Shown here in pieces: positions 33,964 through 43,847 of a stretch of DNA of 64,000 bases. The translations under genes and the position numbers were made by a program. The stretch is from Burkholderiales bacterium (GTDB lineage Bacteria; Pseudomonadota; Gammaproteobacteria; Burkholderiales; SG8-39). The stretch is from NCBI GenBank assembly GCA_049651845.1, contig JBASCW010000037.1, positions 501-64,500 on the forward strand, in the 5' to 3' direction. Under the pieces are notes generated by a model. The model saw only the letters and a list, made by a program, of their open reading frames with translations, did not search any database and was not told the DNA's origin. Positions within the stretch are counted from its first letter, which is position 1. Each line of letters begins with the position of its first letter.

Positions 33964-34205
33964 GAGAATCTCCTCGGAAGCCATAACTTTACTTGGTTGG
34001 GCTCGAGCCGCGCGCAGAACGTGCGCCACGCCGTAGCGCGGCCCCTCGGTGATCGGGCGCCGGTAGCGGTAATGTAGCGGGCGGACGCGCCCGGGCGCGT
34101 ACTGAGCGGTCATCGAGTAAAGTCGGGACTGTGGCGACAACCTTACATCGGCGCAGGCTGCCGGGCGCCGCAGGCGCCGCGCCGGCAAGTCGCCGCAAGC
34201 GAGGG

Positions 34206-34925
34206 GTGTTTCTCGCGCAGCTGTCCTGGAACGCGGCGGAGAAACTTTTCAGCGCGGGCCGGCCGGTGCTGATCCCGCTCGGCGCCGCGGCGAAAGAGCA
34301 CGGCCCTCACTTGCCGCTGGGCAATGATTTTCTGCTCGCCGAGTACCTCGCGGCCGCGGTGGCGGCGCGCGCGGAGGTGCTGATCGCCCCCACGCTCAAC
34401 TACGGCTACTACCCGGCGTTCGTCGAGTATCCGGGATCGGTGTCGCTGCGCCTCGAGACGGCGCGCGACCTGATACTCGATATCTGCCGCGGCTATGCGG
34501 GTTTCGGCGCGCGCAGTTTTTATGTCCTCAACACCGGCATCTCCACGCTGCACGCACTGCGCCCGGCCGCGAAGACCCTGGCGGCCGAGGGCCTGCTGCT
34601 GCGCTACACGGACCTCTCCCGCATCCTCGCGCCGGTGGAGGCCAGGCTCTCGGAGCAGGCCGGCGGCAGCCACGCCGACGAGATCGAAACCTCGATAATG
34701 CTGTTCATCGCGCCGCGGTCGGTGCGGATGCGCGCCGCGGTCAGCGAGTACCGCCCCGGCAAGGGGCCGCTGACGCGCGATCCGCGCAACCGGGCCGGTG
34801 TCTACTCGGCCTCTGGCGTCTGGGGCGATCCGACGCTGGCGACACGGCGCAAAGGCAAACTCCTGGTCGAGGCGCTGGTGCGGGGAATCGTCGAGGATCT
34901 TCGCGATCTCAACGCCGCCGCTTGA
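34206..34925 (+). CDS. Creatininase-family amidohydrolase
   Basis: Motifs PLGAAAKEHGPHLPLGND, YGYYPAF and GGSHADEIETS. The GTG start at 34206 was chosen and is uncertain. Confidence 0.7.
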   Translation: MFLAQLSWNAAEKLFSAGRPVLIPLGAAAKEHGPHLPLGNDFLLAEYLAAAVAARAEVLIAPTLNYGYYPAFVEYPGSVSLRLETARDLILDICRGYAGFGARSFYVLNTGISTLHALRPAAKTLAAEGLLLRYTDLSRILAPVEARLSEQAGGSHADEIETSIMLFIAPRSVRMRAAVSEYRPGKGPLTRDPRNRAGVYSASGVWGDPTLATRRKGKLLVEALVRGIVEDLRDLNAAA

Positions 34926-34937
34926 CTCCGGATGCCG

Positions 34938-35966
34938 CTATCCGCGCCAGGGCGCGGTGATTGCGCGCCGGATCGCGGCCTCGGGCGCGGCGTCGTCCAG
35001 ACTCACCCCGCTGCCATCGGCGCGCACGCCGAGCCTGCGCCAGAGCGCTTCCAGATCGACCGGCGCGGGCGCGTCCTTCATCTCGGCGTAGAACTCGGCA
35101 AGCACCGGGACGCCGGTCGCGCGGTCGCCGATCGCAAGCAGCGGCGCCAGGGCGGAAGAGGATTCCATGCTTCCGGCGTCGAGGATCGCGCGCAACGCGT
35201 GCTGCAGACCGAATCGGTTCCCGGTACGGCGGCGGATTTCCAGGTCGGCCAGCAGGCAGTAGAGCGCGCCCCCCCAGTACGTCCGTCCCCAGGTCGGGGT
35301 GTTGTCCAGGCCCCGGTCGCCGGGCTGCGGCAGGCCCTGCGGCAGGCCCGCGACCAGGTCGGCCCAGACCTTCTGGGCGGAAAGCTGGCCCGCCTGCGCG
35401 CGCGCGATCGCTTCCACATACGAGGCGAGGCCTTCTTCGATCCAGTGATGCCGGTCCGGGACCGAGGGGAAAGCGAGGTGTACCATCTCGTGCACCAGCA
35501 CCCAGTCGCGCGCTAGATCGGCGCCGTTCGAGCGCTCGCCGAGCCCGACGCGCACCGCCGCGCCGCGATGCGCCCAGGCGCGGCCCGGGCCCACGCCGCG
35601 CCCTACTCTGGGAACGACGAGGATCCGCGCGCTGGCGACCGGGAAGCGGCCGTAGTAGGCGGCCACGGCACGCGCCGAAGTATGAATCCAATCGCGAACC
35701 TGACCCTGAGACAGATCGAGCGCCCCAGGCGCAAACGCGACGGCGAGGATCGACCCGGAAACCTCCAACCGCGTTGCGGGGAGCCGGTCGAAGGCGTCGT
35801 AGGGCATCCGCGAGCCGAGAAAAATCGCATTTGATTCAATCGCATCGGTGGGCCAGGCCACTGCCGGTGGGGTGGCGAAGACCAACGCGGCCAGCAGGCG
35901 CGCAGTCCCAGTTGTAAGAAACGACCTTACGCCCCCGACCTTGCCTTGCCTGTACGCCGTGCGCAT
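34938..35966 (-). CDS. Secreted HExxH zinc metallopeptidase-like protein
   Basis: Signal-like N-terminus (ARLLAALVFATPPAVAWP), HEMVH plus a downstream EEGLASY. Family not resolved. Confidence 0.55.
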   Translation of the reverse strand: MRTAYRQGKVGGVRSFLTTGTARLLAALVFATPPAVAWPTDAIESNAIFLGSRMPYDAFDRLPATRLEVSGSILAVAFAPGALDLSQGQVRDWIHTSARAVAAYYGRFPVASARILVVPRVGRGVGPGRAWAHRGAAVRVGLGERSNGADLARDWVLVHEMVHLAFPSVPDRHHWIEEGLASYVEAIARAQAGQLSAQKVWADLVAGLPQGLPQPGDRGLDNTPTWGRTYWGGALYCLLADLEIRRRTGNRFGLQHALRAILDAGSMESSSALAPLLAIGDRATGVPVLAEFYAEMKDAPAPVDLEALWRRLGVRADGSGVSLDDAAPEAAIRRAITAPWRG

Positions 35967-36016
35967 GTGCGCGGTCGCCGGGTGCGTATTTGCGGGGCCC
36001 GGCTTGCCGGGTGTTT

Positions 36017-36028
36017 TGGGATATCCCA
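36017..36028. promoter_or_regulatory. Perfect 12-bp palindrome upstream of the RiPP precursor gene (candidate operator)
   Basis: TGGGATATCCCA ends 21 nt before the bufA ATG, in the 83-nt divergent intergenic region. Confidence 0.25.
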
Positions 36029-36049
36029 CCATCGATAAGGAGAGTCTAA

Positions 36050-36301
36050 ATGAGAGTCAATAAGCTTACCGGCATCGCCCTCGCCACCGCCGCCGCGGGC
36101 ATCTTCGCGATGACCGCCGCGGTCCCGACGGCTGCGCAGGCGGCCAAAGTGAAATGCGAAGGCGTCAACGCCTGCAAGGGGCAGGGCGACTGCAAGGGCG
36201 CGAAGAACGCCTGCAAGGGCCTCGCCGAATGCAAGGGCCTGGGCTTCAAGGAAATGACCAAGGACGAATGCGACAAGGCGAAGATGGCGATGAAGAAATA
36301 G
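36050..36301 (+). CDS. bufA: Secreted Cys-rich RiPP precursor, bufferin-like (6-Cys type)
   Basis: RBS AAGGAG. Sec signal peptide ending AAQA. The core is [51 protein letters not shown] with Cys at residues 36, 42, 48, 55, 61 and 74. It sits directly upstream of the DUF692 and DUF2063 genes. Confidence 0.7.
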   Translation: MRVNKLTGIALATAAAGIFAMTAAVPTAAQAAKVKCEGVNACKGQGDCKGAKNACKGLAECKGLGFKEMTKDECDKAKMAMKK

Positions 36302-36365
36302 GGCCGGATTCTCGCTGCCGACCCAGGGGCCGCCGGCGGACCGCGCCGGCGGCCCATTCCCGTCC

Positions 36366-37196
36366 ATGACCGCACTCACCGGGTTCGGCCTGGGATTGCG
36401 TCCCAGGCATTACCAGGCCATCCTCAAGTCCAGGCCGCGCGTGGACTGGTTCGAGGCGCTGTCCGAGAATTACATGATTCCGGGCGGGCGGCCGCTGCAC
36501 TACCTCGAGCGCATTCGCGAGCGCTATCCCGTGGTGCTGCATGGCGTGTCGCTATCGATTGGCAGCACCGATCCGCTCGACCGCGCCTACCTGAAGCAGT
36601 TGAAGGCACTCGCCGCGCGCGTCGAGCCGGTGTGGATCTCGGACCATCTGTGCTGGACCGGCGTGGCGGGCCGCAACCTGCACGACCTGATGCCCCTGCC
36701 GTATACCGAGGCGGCGCTGCGGCACGTCGCCCGGCGCGTGCGCGACGTCCAGGACTTCCTCGGGCGGCGCATCCTGCTGGAGAACGTGTCCAGCTACGTG
36801 AGCTACCGTTCTTCCGCGATGACCGAGTCGGAATTCCTCGCGGCGCTCGCGCGCGAGGCCGACTGTGACCTGCTGCTCGACGTGAACAACATCTACGTGA
36901 GCGCGTTCAACCACGATTTCGACCCGGTCGGGTTTCTCGACGGCATCCCGCCGGCGCGCGTGCGGCAGATCCACCTCGCCGGACACGACCACTGCGGCGA
37001 CCTGATCATCGATACGCACGACGCGCCGGTGATCGGAGCGGTGTGGGATCTCTACGCCGAAGCGGTGCGACGTTTCGGCGCGGTGCCGACGATGATCGAG
37101 CGCGACGACCGCATTCCGCCGCTCGGCACGCTGCTGCGCGAGCTGGACCGCGCCCGCGCGATCGCCGCCGGAGTCATGCAGAAGAAGGCCGCGTGA
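36366..37196 (+). CDS. bufB: DUF692 / MNIO-family (MbnB-like) iron oxidase
   Basis: 276 aa with [56 protein letters not shown] and IHLAGH. These are the typical DUF692 TIM-barrel signatures. Confidence 0.85.
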   Translation: MTALTGFGLGLRPRHYQAILKSRPRVDWFEALSENYMIPGGRPLHYLERIRERYPVVLHGVSLSIGSTDPLDRAYLKQLKALAARVEPVWISDHLCWTGVAGRNLHDLMPLPYTEAALRHVARRVRDVQDFLGRRILLENVSSYVSYRSSAMTESEFLAALAREADCDLLLDVNNIYVSAFNHDFDPVGFLDGIPPARVRQIHLAGHDHCGDLIIDTHDAPVIGAVWDLYAEAVRRFGAVPTMIERDDRIPPLGTLLRELDRARAIAAGVMQKKAA

Positions 37197-37984
37197 GCGA
37201 GCTCGCGTCGCTGCAGCGCGCGTTCCAGCGCCACGTCTATCGACCCGGGCGCGCCATGGAGGCCGCGGTGCTCGCGACCGCACGCGCGGGCGCTGCCCGG
37301 CGACTGGGCGTCTACGCCGATGCTTACCGCCTGCGCCTGGTGGAAGCGCTCGCCAACGACCATCCCGCGTTGCAGGGATTACTGGGAGAAGCGGGCTTTG
37401 ACCGCATGATGCGCGCATACATCGCCGCGCGACCGTCACGCCACGCCAATCTGCGCTGGTACGGAGGCGGGCTGGCGCGCTACCTCTCGCGTTCGCGGCA
37501 GTGGCGCCGCCGGCCGCAGCTCGCCGAGCTGGCGCGCTTCGAATGGGCACTGGGGCTGGCGTTCGACGCGGGCGATGCGCCCGTGACGACGGCCGAGGAG
37601 TTGGCGCGCATTGCGCCAGAGAAATGGCCGGGAATGCAGCTGCGCCTGAATCCTTCGGTGCAACTGGTCGATCTGCGCAGCAACGCGCCGCAAACCTGGC
37701 GCGCGGCCACGACCGGCCGCAGACCGCCGGCCGCGCGGCTGGCGCCGCGGCCCACGCGCTGGCTGGTCTGGCGCAAGCAATTCGAGCCTTTTTACCGAGC
37801 GTTGCCCGCGGATGAGTCCTGGGCGCTGGCGGCGGCGGCGCGCGGGCACGATTTCGCCGCGCTGAGCGCAGGCCTGCGCCGGTATTCGGGCGCCGCGAAC
37901 GCAGCGCAGACCGCCGCACAGATGCTGCGCAATTGGCTGAGCGAAGGCCTGATCTGCGGCGTCGACTACGCCGACAAGGTGTAG
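37193..37984 (+). CDS. bufC: DUF2063-domain partner protein of the MNIO enzyme
   Basis: GTG start overlapping the bufB stop. It carries [26 protein letters not shown] and [11 protein letters not shown], typical of DUF2063. Confidence 0.75.
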   Translation: MSELASLQRAFQRHVYRPGRAMEAAVLATARAGAARRLGVYADAYRLRLVEALANDHPALQGLLGEAGFDRMMRAYIAARPSRHANLRWYGGGLARYLSRSRQWRRRPQLAELARFEWALGLAFDAGDAPVTTAEELARIAPEKWPGMQLRLNPSVQLVDLRSNAPQTWRAATTGRRPPAARLAPRPTRWLVWRKQFEPFYRALPADESWALAAAARGHDFAALSAGLRRYSGAANAAQTAAQMLRNWLSEGLICGVDYADKV

Positions 37985-39285
37985 ATCTCGGTCGGCGCCG
38001 TGCGCCCGCGCACGGTGACCGAATCCATGCGCCGGAACGCGAAGCCGTTGCCGGCGGCGCGCACCGTGCTTTCGGTGGCGAGGATGTAGGTGCCGTATTT
38101 CTTGTTGAGCTGCTCTAGGCGCGCGGCGATGTTCACTTCGTCGCCGTGTACCGTGTACAGCAGCCGGTTGTACGCGCCGACCGCGCCGGTGACGATGCGG
38201 CCGGTATTGATGCCGCAGCGCGTGCGCATGCGCACCTTGCCGCCGAACAGATGCTCGCGGGTCGCCTGCCGGATGGCGAGCGCGCAGCGCACCGCGTGCG
38301 CGGCGTGGTCGGGATCGGGCTTGACGGCGTTGAACGTGACCAGCATCGCGTCGCCCTGGAACTGCGTGATCGCGCCACCCTGGCTCTCGACCGCCGCGGA
38401 CACGGCTTCGAAGTACTCGTTCAGCAGGGACACCAGGCGCTCGGGCGCAACCTTCTCGGAGATGGTCGAGAAGCCCTCGATGTCGGTGAACAGCACGCTC
38501 GCCTCGCGCACTTCGCCATCACCGGGCTTCAGGCCGTGGTCGGAGGCGGAGATGCGGTCGGCGACCTCCGGTGCGACGAAGCGCGACAGGTCCTTCGCCA
38601 GCACGCTGTCCAGCACCGCGCGATAGAGAACGCGGCGCGCGCGCACCAGGCCCAGCGCCAGCACCGCGGTGACGGTCAGGATCGAGATCACCTTGTCGAT
38701 CTCGGCGCCGACCAGCACGCTGTTGGAGGTCATGTAGTGGACGTAGTCGCGGGTCACGGTCATGTCCCCCGACGTCGCGGCGTAGCCGAGCAGCAGCAGC
38801 CAGCCCGCGGCGGCGGCGATTCCGGCAATGGCGACGTAGAGCGGCTCGAAGCGCAGGGCCCGCAGGGCAATGAACAGGAACACGTATAGCAGCGTCGGCG
38901 CTTTCAGGTAGAACGGCGCCGGTTGCTCGTACTGCAGGTGAAAGCTCCAGATCAGGCCCATCAGCAGGGCCATGTCGATGCAGATGCCGAGCACGACCAG
39001 CGGCGGGCTGAGCCACTGGCGATGCGCCGCTGCGAGCCGCAGCAGCGCAAAACCGAGGAACGCCGCCAGCACCCAGGGCACGGGCAGGAAGCGCGTGCCC
39101 GCGGAAGTCTTTGCCGACAGCGTGTAGAGCACGAGGAAGAACAGCACCAGCGCAAGTTGCACCCAGCCGATCAGGATCTCGCTGTGGACCTGCTGTTCTA
39201 CGATCAGCCAGCGGACGCGTTCGGGCGGGGTGCCCTTCGGCCCCTCGCCCAGGACAAACTCGGAGAAACGCCGCCACATTTGCAA
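37966..39285 (-). CDS. Class III adenylate/guanylate cyclase with multi-TM N-terminal domain (intact copy)
   Basis: 439 aa, about 6 TM, then VLFTDIEGFS, FQGDAMLVTF, GINTGRIVTGAVG and YTVHGDEVNIAARLE. Its 3' end overlaps bufC by 19 nt (convergent). Confidence 0.85.
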   Translation of the reverse strand: MQMWRRFSEFVLGEGPKGTPPERVRWLIVEQQVHSEILIGWVQLALVLFFLVLYTLSAKTSAGTRFLPVPWVLAAFLGFALLRLAAAHRQWLSPPLVVLGICIDMALLMGLIWSFHLQYEQPAPFYLKAPTLLYVFLFIALRALRFEPLYVAIAGIAAAAGWLLLLGYAATSGDMTVTRDYVHYMTSNSVLVGAEIDKVISILTVTAVLALGLVRARRVLYRAVLDSVLAKDLSRFVAPEVADRISASDHGLKPGDGEVREASVLFTDIEGFSTISEKVAPERLVSLLNEYFEAVSAAVESQGGAITQFQGDAMLVTFNAVKPDPDHAAHAVRCALAIRQATREHLFGGKVRMRTRCGINTGRIVTGAVGAYNRLLYTVHGDEVNIAARLEQLNKKYGTYILATESTVRAAGNGFAFRRMDSVTVRGRTAPTEIYTLSA

Positions 39286-39322
39286 TAGGTCGGCTCGAGC
39301 GGTTGGAAATTACTGCTGTGCG

Positions 39323-40675
39323 CTACTTCACCAGCCGCGTCGACGGGTAGGCGGCGAACCAGCCGAACCAGAACGCGCGGTGCGCAGGCAGGCGTCTGAG
39401 GCGCGCGCCCCCGGGTCCGGTCAGTTCGTCCTCGGTCAGCTTCCAGGCGCCGCCGGCGCTGTCGCGCACCGTGGCTTCTCCGTCCCAGCTCGCGAATCGG
39501 TGCTGGGCGCTCTGGTAAGCGCGGTTGGCGCCGGAAGCGTCGGTCAGGACGACGAAGGCCTGCCCGCCGATGCGGTCGTGATGGACGCGGTTCGCCGCGA
39601 GGAAATCCGCCGCGATGGCGAGCTGCTCGCCTCGCTTGCCGGGTGAGCGCAGCGCCAGCACTTCGGCCTTGTTGGGCAGGCGCGGGTCGAGCTTCGGCAC
39701 GCCGAACATGAGTTGATCCGTGGCGAAGTAATCGCGGTAGGCCGCGCCCTCGCTGTAATCGCGCTGGTGCCCGGTATCCAGCGAAAGCACCGTGGTCTCC
39801 GGATGGCGCTTGCGCCACGCGCCCCAGGTGGTCGTCACGACGCGCAGGGTCTCCAGCTCGATCCCCTTGCCGACCAGCGGCCCGACCACCGGCTCGCCGC
39901 CGAGCGTGGACCAGAGGGACTTGGTGGCGTGGTCGTACATCAGCTTGTTGGAGCGGTACAGGAATCCGCTGGTGCCGAGCTCGTGATGGACGCCGTTCAC
40001 GGTGACGTCATATAGGATCATCGAGCCGCACAGCGTGCAGTAGACGCCGTTCAGCTCGCGGCCGCCGATGCGGTCCTTGACCATTTCGTGCCAGGCGAGG
40101 ATGCGCTTGGGGTAGGCGCGCACGTCGCCGCCGATGGCGACACCGAACACGACATCGCCGTCGGCGAGATAGGTCGCCTGCGCGGCGCGGATCATCCTCG
40201 GGTCCTTCAGCGGTGGGATGCCGTCGCGCAACACGCCGCCCCAGCGGATCTCGTCCAGGCGGATGGTCGTCTTGCGGTCCTTGGCGAAATACTCGCGAAA
40301 GCGCGGGTCCACTTGCTCGTAGAGTCCGGCCTTGAACTCCGCATAGCCGGGAAACCCGCCCGCATCGCGCGCCCAGATCCACTCGTAATGTGCGTTCAGG
40401 TCGTCGCGGGGCCGTCCGGTGACGCGCGCCACCTGCGCGAGCGCTTCGGTCTGGACCAGCAGGGACGGCGCGAATACGGCCGCTTCGAGCAGCGGCGCAG
40501 CGTAAGCGTCGCGCCAGCTGCCTCGAATCGTTGCCAGCGCCGTACGCGCTGCATCGGTGTTGCTGTTTAGCACCCCCAGAAACGTTTGCACCGTAACCGG
40601 CGACGGTGCCTGCGCGTTGGCCACCGATGCCGCAACGCAAAGAAGCAGAGTGCCCAGCGTGGTGCGCGATCTCAT
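39323..40675 (-). CDS. Secreted DUF3179-domain protein with ~170-aa N-terminal extension
   Basis: Signal peptide MRSRTTLGTLLLCVAASVANA. The DUF3179 core has DGIPPLKDP, AYPKRILAWHEMVKD, VYCTLCGSMILY and GFLYRSNKLMYDHATKSLWS. Confidence 0.75.
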   Translation of the reverse strand: MRSRTTLGTLLLCVAASVANAQAPSPVTVQTFLGVLNSNTDAARTALATIRGSWRDAYAAPLLEAAVFAPSLLVQTEALAQVARVTGRPRDDLNAHYEWIWARDAGGFPGYAEFKAGLYEQVDPRFREYFAKDRKTTIRLDEIRWGGVLRDGIPPLKDPRMIRAAQATYLADGDVVFGVAIGGDVRAYPKRILAWHEMVKDRIGGRELNGVYCTLCGSMILYDVTVNGVHHELGTSGFLYRSNKLMYDHATKSLWSTLGGEPVVGPLVGKGIELETLRVVTTTWGAWRKRHPETTVLSLDTGHQRDYSEGAAYRDYFATDQLMFGVPKLDPRLPNKAEVLALRSPGKRGEQLAIAADFLAANRVHHDRIGGQAFVVLTDASGANRAYQSAQHRFASWDGEATVRDSAGGAWKLTEDELTGPGGARLRRLPAHRAFWFGWFAAYPSTRLVK

Positions 40676-40746
40676 GGAATTGCCCGCGATGCCTGTCCCG
40701 CTTGGTCGTGCAGCGGTGCAGGACATTACGCCGTTATGATGGCCGC

Positions 40747-42801
40747 ATGCGCATGCTGTCGAACCGCAACCGGCCGGTGCATCTTGGACCGTTCCCGATG
40801 GAGCGCGTGGCGCGCGCAACGGCCGCGCCGGATCTCGCTGGCGTGGCCGACCGCTTCCCGGTGCGCAGCGAAACGCCGCTCGGCCGAATCGTCAACGACT
40901 ACATCGCGTTGTTCGAGCGGTACCGCACGGAGGCGCCGGCGCCCGGGCGGGCGCCCTATCCGCCGGACCCGCAGCGGCTCGCCAATGAGCTGAAGGCGAA
41001 CTGCTACTTCCTGAATGCCTCGCTCGCCGGCTGCTGCGCCATTCCGGACTCGGCCTGGACCGGGCCGCGCAGCGAAGACCATCGCCATGCGCTGGTTATC
41101 GCGGTCGAGTTCGGCCGCGATCCCGAGCCCGACAACCCGGCCGCCGGCTGGGTGCGCGGCAGCGAGTACGACTGCGCGCTGCTGCGCGCCGCGGAAATCG
41201 CGTTGATCTCGGCTGCCTTTCTGCGGCGCCTCGGCTTTTCGGCGACGGCTCACACGCGTGACTGCACCGAGGTCTCGCATGCGCAACTGCTGGTCGCGGC
41301 CGGCCTGGCGCGATGGCAGGACGGCGGGGTGGCCGCGCCCTTCATCGGCGCGCGCTTCGCCTCCTGCGTCGTCACCACCGCAGAGCCGCTCGCGGCGGAC
41401 AGCCCTCTTGGGGCAGCAGCGAGCGTTCTCGATGGGGGCCTGGGCTGGTGGATCGGCGCGGGCGGCGCCGAGACCTGGTGGGAGCGCGCGCTGGCCGCGC
41501 GACGGCCCGCCGACGGCAGCCGGTTCCCGATGGAAAAGATCCGGCGCGTCGAACAGCCCACCACGCTGATCCTGGAGGACGAGGTGCCGCGCGTGCCCAA
41601 GCGCGCGAACTTCTTCACGCGTGCCCTGCACGGCGACCTGGGTGACAAGGCGCAGCGCGAGCGCTGGCGCTTTGCCTACAAGACGCCGATTGCCGATGCG
41701 TACGTGAAGCTGATTCGGGCAATGATTCCGCTGCAGAATGGCATTGCCTTTCCGCACAAGGCGAAGAATACCGACGATCCGGTGGCAAACGCGCTCGGCA
41801 TCAAGTCACTCATGTACTACCTTGGCGCCGACATGGCAGGCGCCTGCGAGGCGAAGCGCTACGCCTGGTACTCGCACCAGGAGGACGGCGCGCCGATCGA
41901 CGCCTACCATCGCAGCGCGATGGTGATGCTCGTGGACCAGGGCTTCGAAACCATGGAGGGCGCCTCGGGCGACGACTGGATCTCGGGCGCGCAGTCGATG
42001 CGCGCCTATATGCGCGGCGGCGAGATCTGCGGCATCGTCGCCGCCTTCATCCGCAGTCTGGGCTGGAGCGCGCGCTCGCAGACCAATGCCGATTCCGACG
42101 TGCTGCAGTTGCCGCTGGTCCTGCTCGCGGGCCTGGGCGAGCTGTCGCGCATCGGCGAGCTTGTGCTCAATCCCTTCGTGGGGCCGCGTTTCAAGAGCGC
42201 CGTGGTGACCACCGACATGCCGCTGCAATGGGACCGGCCGATCGATTTCGGCCTGCAGGACACCTGCAGCCGGTGCATGAAATGCGCGCGCGAATGCCCC
42301 TGCAGCGCGATCCCGTTCGGCGACAAGGTGATGTTCAACGGCTATGAGATGTGGAAGCCGGACGTCGAGCGCTGCACGCGCTATCGCGTCACCAACCCGC
42401 ACGGCTCGGCCTGCGGGCGCTGCATGAAGACCTGTCCCTACAACCACGAAGGATTGCTCGCGCACCGCTTGCTGCTCTGGGCGGCCATCCGCCTGCCCTG
42501 GACGCGCTCCTGGATCGTGCGGCTGGACGACGCGGTCGGCAACGGCTCGATCAATGCGGTGAAGACCTGGTGGACCGACCTGGAGATCGTCGATGGCAAG
42601 GTGGTGCCGCCCAAGGCAACGAACCGGCGCAACTTGTCCGTCGGCAAGGCTGCCAAGGCGCATGAAATCGCTTACTATCCCGCCGCCGCAATGCCGCCGC
42701 CGGATGCGAAAGCACCGGTCCCCGTGGACCGCAAGGCGGCACTTGCCATGAACCCCGAGTCGCCCGCCGCGGCGCGGAACCGAAACAGGAGCAGAACATG
42801 A
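40747..42801 (+). CDS. Reductive-dehalogenase-like protein with duplicated core domain and 2x[4Fe-4S] C-terminus
   Basis: 684 aa. Two internally similar segments: (CYFLNASLAGCCAIP...FLRRLGFSATAHT...PFIGARFASCVVTT) and (MYYLGADMAGACEAK...FIRSLGWSARSQT...PFVGPRFKSAVVTT). These are followed by CSRCMKCARECP and CGRCMKTCP. This matches my recollection of NpRdhA-type catabolic dehalogenases. Confidence 0.55.
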   Translation: MRMLSNRNRPVHLGPFPMERVARATAAPDLAGVADRFPVRSETPLGRIVNDYIALFERYRTEAPAPGRAPYPPDPQRLANELKANCYFLNASLAGCCAIPDSAWTGPRSEDHRHALVIAVEFGRDPEPDNPAAGWVRGSEYDCALLRAAEIALISAAFLRRLGFSATAHTRDCTEVSHAQLLVAAGLARWQDGGVAAPFIGARFASCVVTTAEPLAADSPLGAAASVLDGGLGWWIGAGGAETWWERALAARRPADGSRFPMEKIRRVEQPTTLILEDEVPRVPKRANFFTRALHGDLGDKAQRERWRFAYKTPIADAYVKLIRAMIPLQNGIAFPHKAKNTDDPVANALGIKSLMYYLGADMAGACEAKRYAWYSHQEDGAPIDAYHRSAMVMLVDQGFETMEGASGDDWISGAQSMRAYMRGGEICGIVAAFIRSLGWSARSQTNADSDVLQLPLVLLAGLGELSRIGELVLNPFVGPRFKSAVVTTDMPLQWDRPIDFGLQDTCSRCMKCARECPCSAIPFGDKVMFNGYEMWKPDVERCTRYRVTNPHGSACGRCMKTCPYNHEGLLAHRLLLWAAIRLPWTRSWIVRLDDAVGNGSINAVKTWWTDLEIVDGKVVPPKATNRRNLSVGKAAKAHEIAYYPAAAMPPPDAKAPVPVDRKAALAMNPESPAAARNRNRSRT

Positions 42802-43760
42802 TTCGCGCTGTGCTGATCGCCGTTGCCACGCTCATTGCCGCGCTTCCCGCGCTCGCCCAGGACTGGCCCGCCAAGCCCGTGCGCTTCATCGTGCCGTTCC
42901 CGCCCGGCGGCTCGGTGGACCCGCTCGCGCGCCTGCTCGGCGTCAAGCTGGGCGACTCGCTCAAGCAGCAGTTCATCGTGGAGAATCGCCCCGGCGCGGG
43001 CGGCTCGGTCGGCACGGCGGTGGCCGCGAAGGCGCCGGCCGACGGCTATACGTTCCTGTTCGTGTTCGATTCGCACGCCGTGAACCAGGCGCTGATCGCC
43101 GGCCTGCAGTACGACACGGCGAAGGACTTCGCGCCGGTGATGCTGGTCGGCACCGCGCCCTACGCGATCGCCACGCAGGCAGCCAAGCCCTGGAAGTCGT
43201 TCGCCGAGGTCGTGGCCGCGTCCAAGGCCAAGCCCGACTCGGTGAGCATCGGCTCGATCGGCAACGGCACGCTGGGGCACCTGGTGCTGGTGCAGGCGCA
43301 GCAGCAGGCCGGAATCAGAATCACCCACGTGCCGTTCGCGGGCGGCGGGCCGATGAACCAGAACATCCTCGGCGGCCAGATCGACATGGGCATCGGCTCG
43401 GTGGCGCTGCTCACGCCGCAGGTGAAGGGCGGCAAGATGCGCGCCATCGCCACGGCGGGCGAGAAGCGCGCGACCTCGATGCCCGACGTGCCCACGCTGA
43501 TCGAGCAGGGCTTCCCGGGGCTGACCGCGCATGCCTGGTGGGGGATCTACGCGCCGGCGGGCACGCCCAAGCCGATCATCGACAAGTTCCACGCCGAGCT
43601 GGTCAAGGCGCTCGGTCAGGCGGACGTGCGCAAGACGCTCACCGAATCGCTCGGCATGGACCTGGTGGTGAGCAGCCCCGAGGCGCTGCAGAAGTGGACG
43701 CTCGAGCAGATGGCGCGCTGGGGCAAGATCGTCAAGGACAACGGCATCAAGGCGGATTGA
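42798..43760 (+). CDS. Bug/TctC-family tripartite tricarboxylate transporter substrate-binding protein
   Basis: ATGA overlap with the upstream gene. Signal peptide, WPAKPVRFIVPFPPGGSVD and DGYTFLF. Confidence 0.85.
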   Translation: MIRAVLIAVATLIAALPALAQDWPAKPVRFIVPFPPGGSVDPLARLLGVKLGDSLKQQFIVENRPGAGGSVGTAVAAKAPADGYTFLFVFDSHAVNQALIAGLQYDTAKDFAPVMLVGTAPYAIATQAAKPWKSFAEVVAASKAKPDSVSIGSIGNGTLGHLVLVQAQQQAGIRITHVPFAGGGPMNQNILGGQIDMGIGSVALLTPQVKGGKMRAIATAGEKRATSMPDVPTLIEQGFPGLTAHAWWGIYAPAGTPKPIIDKFHAELVKALGQADVRKTLTESLGMDLVVSSPEALQKWTLEQMARWGKIVKDNGIKAD

Positions 43761-43847
43761 GGTCTTGCGACTCGCACGCCTTAAGGCGCCGGAATAGCCC
43801 TGGCCGAACAGCCGATTCCCCGCGGGCTCGGGATTTTCCTGCTGCTC

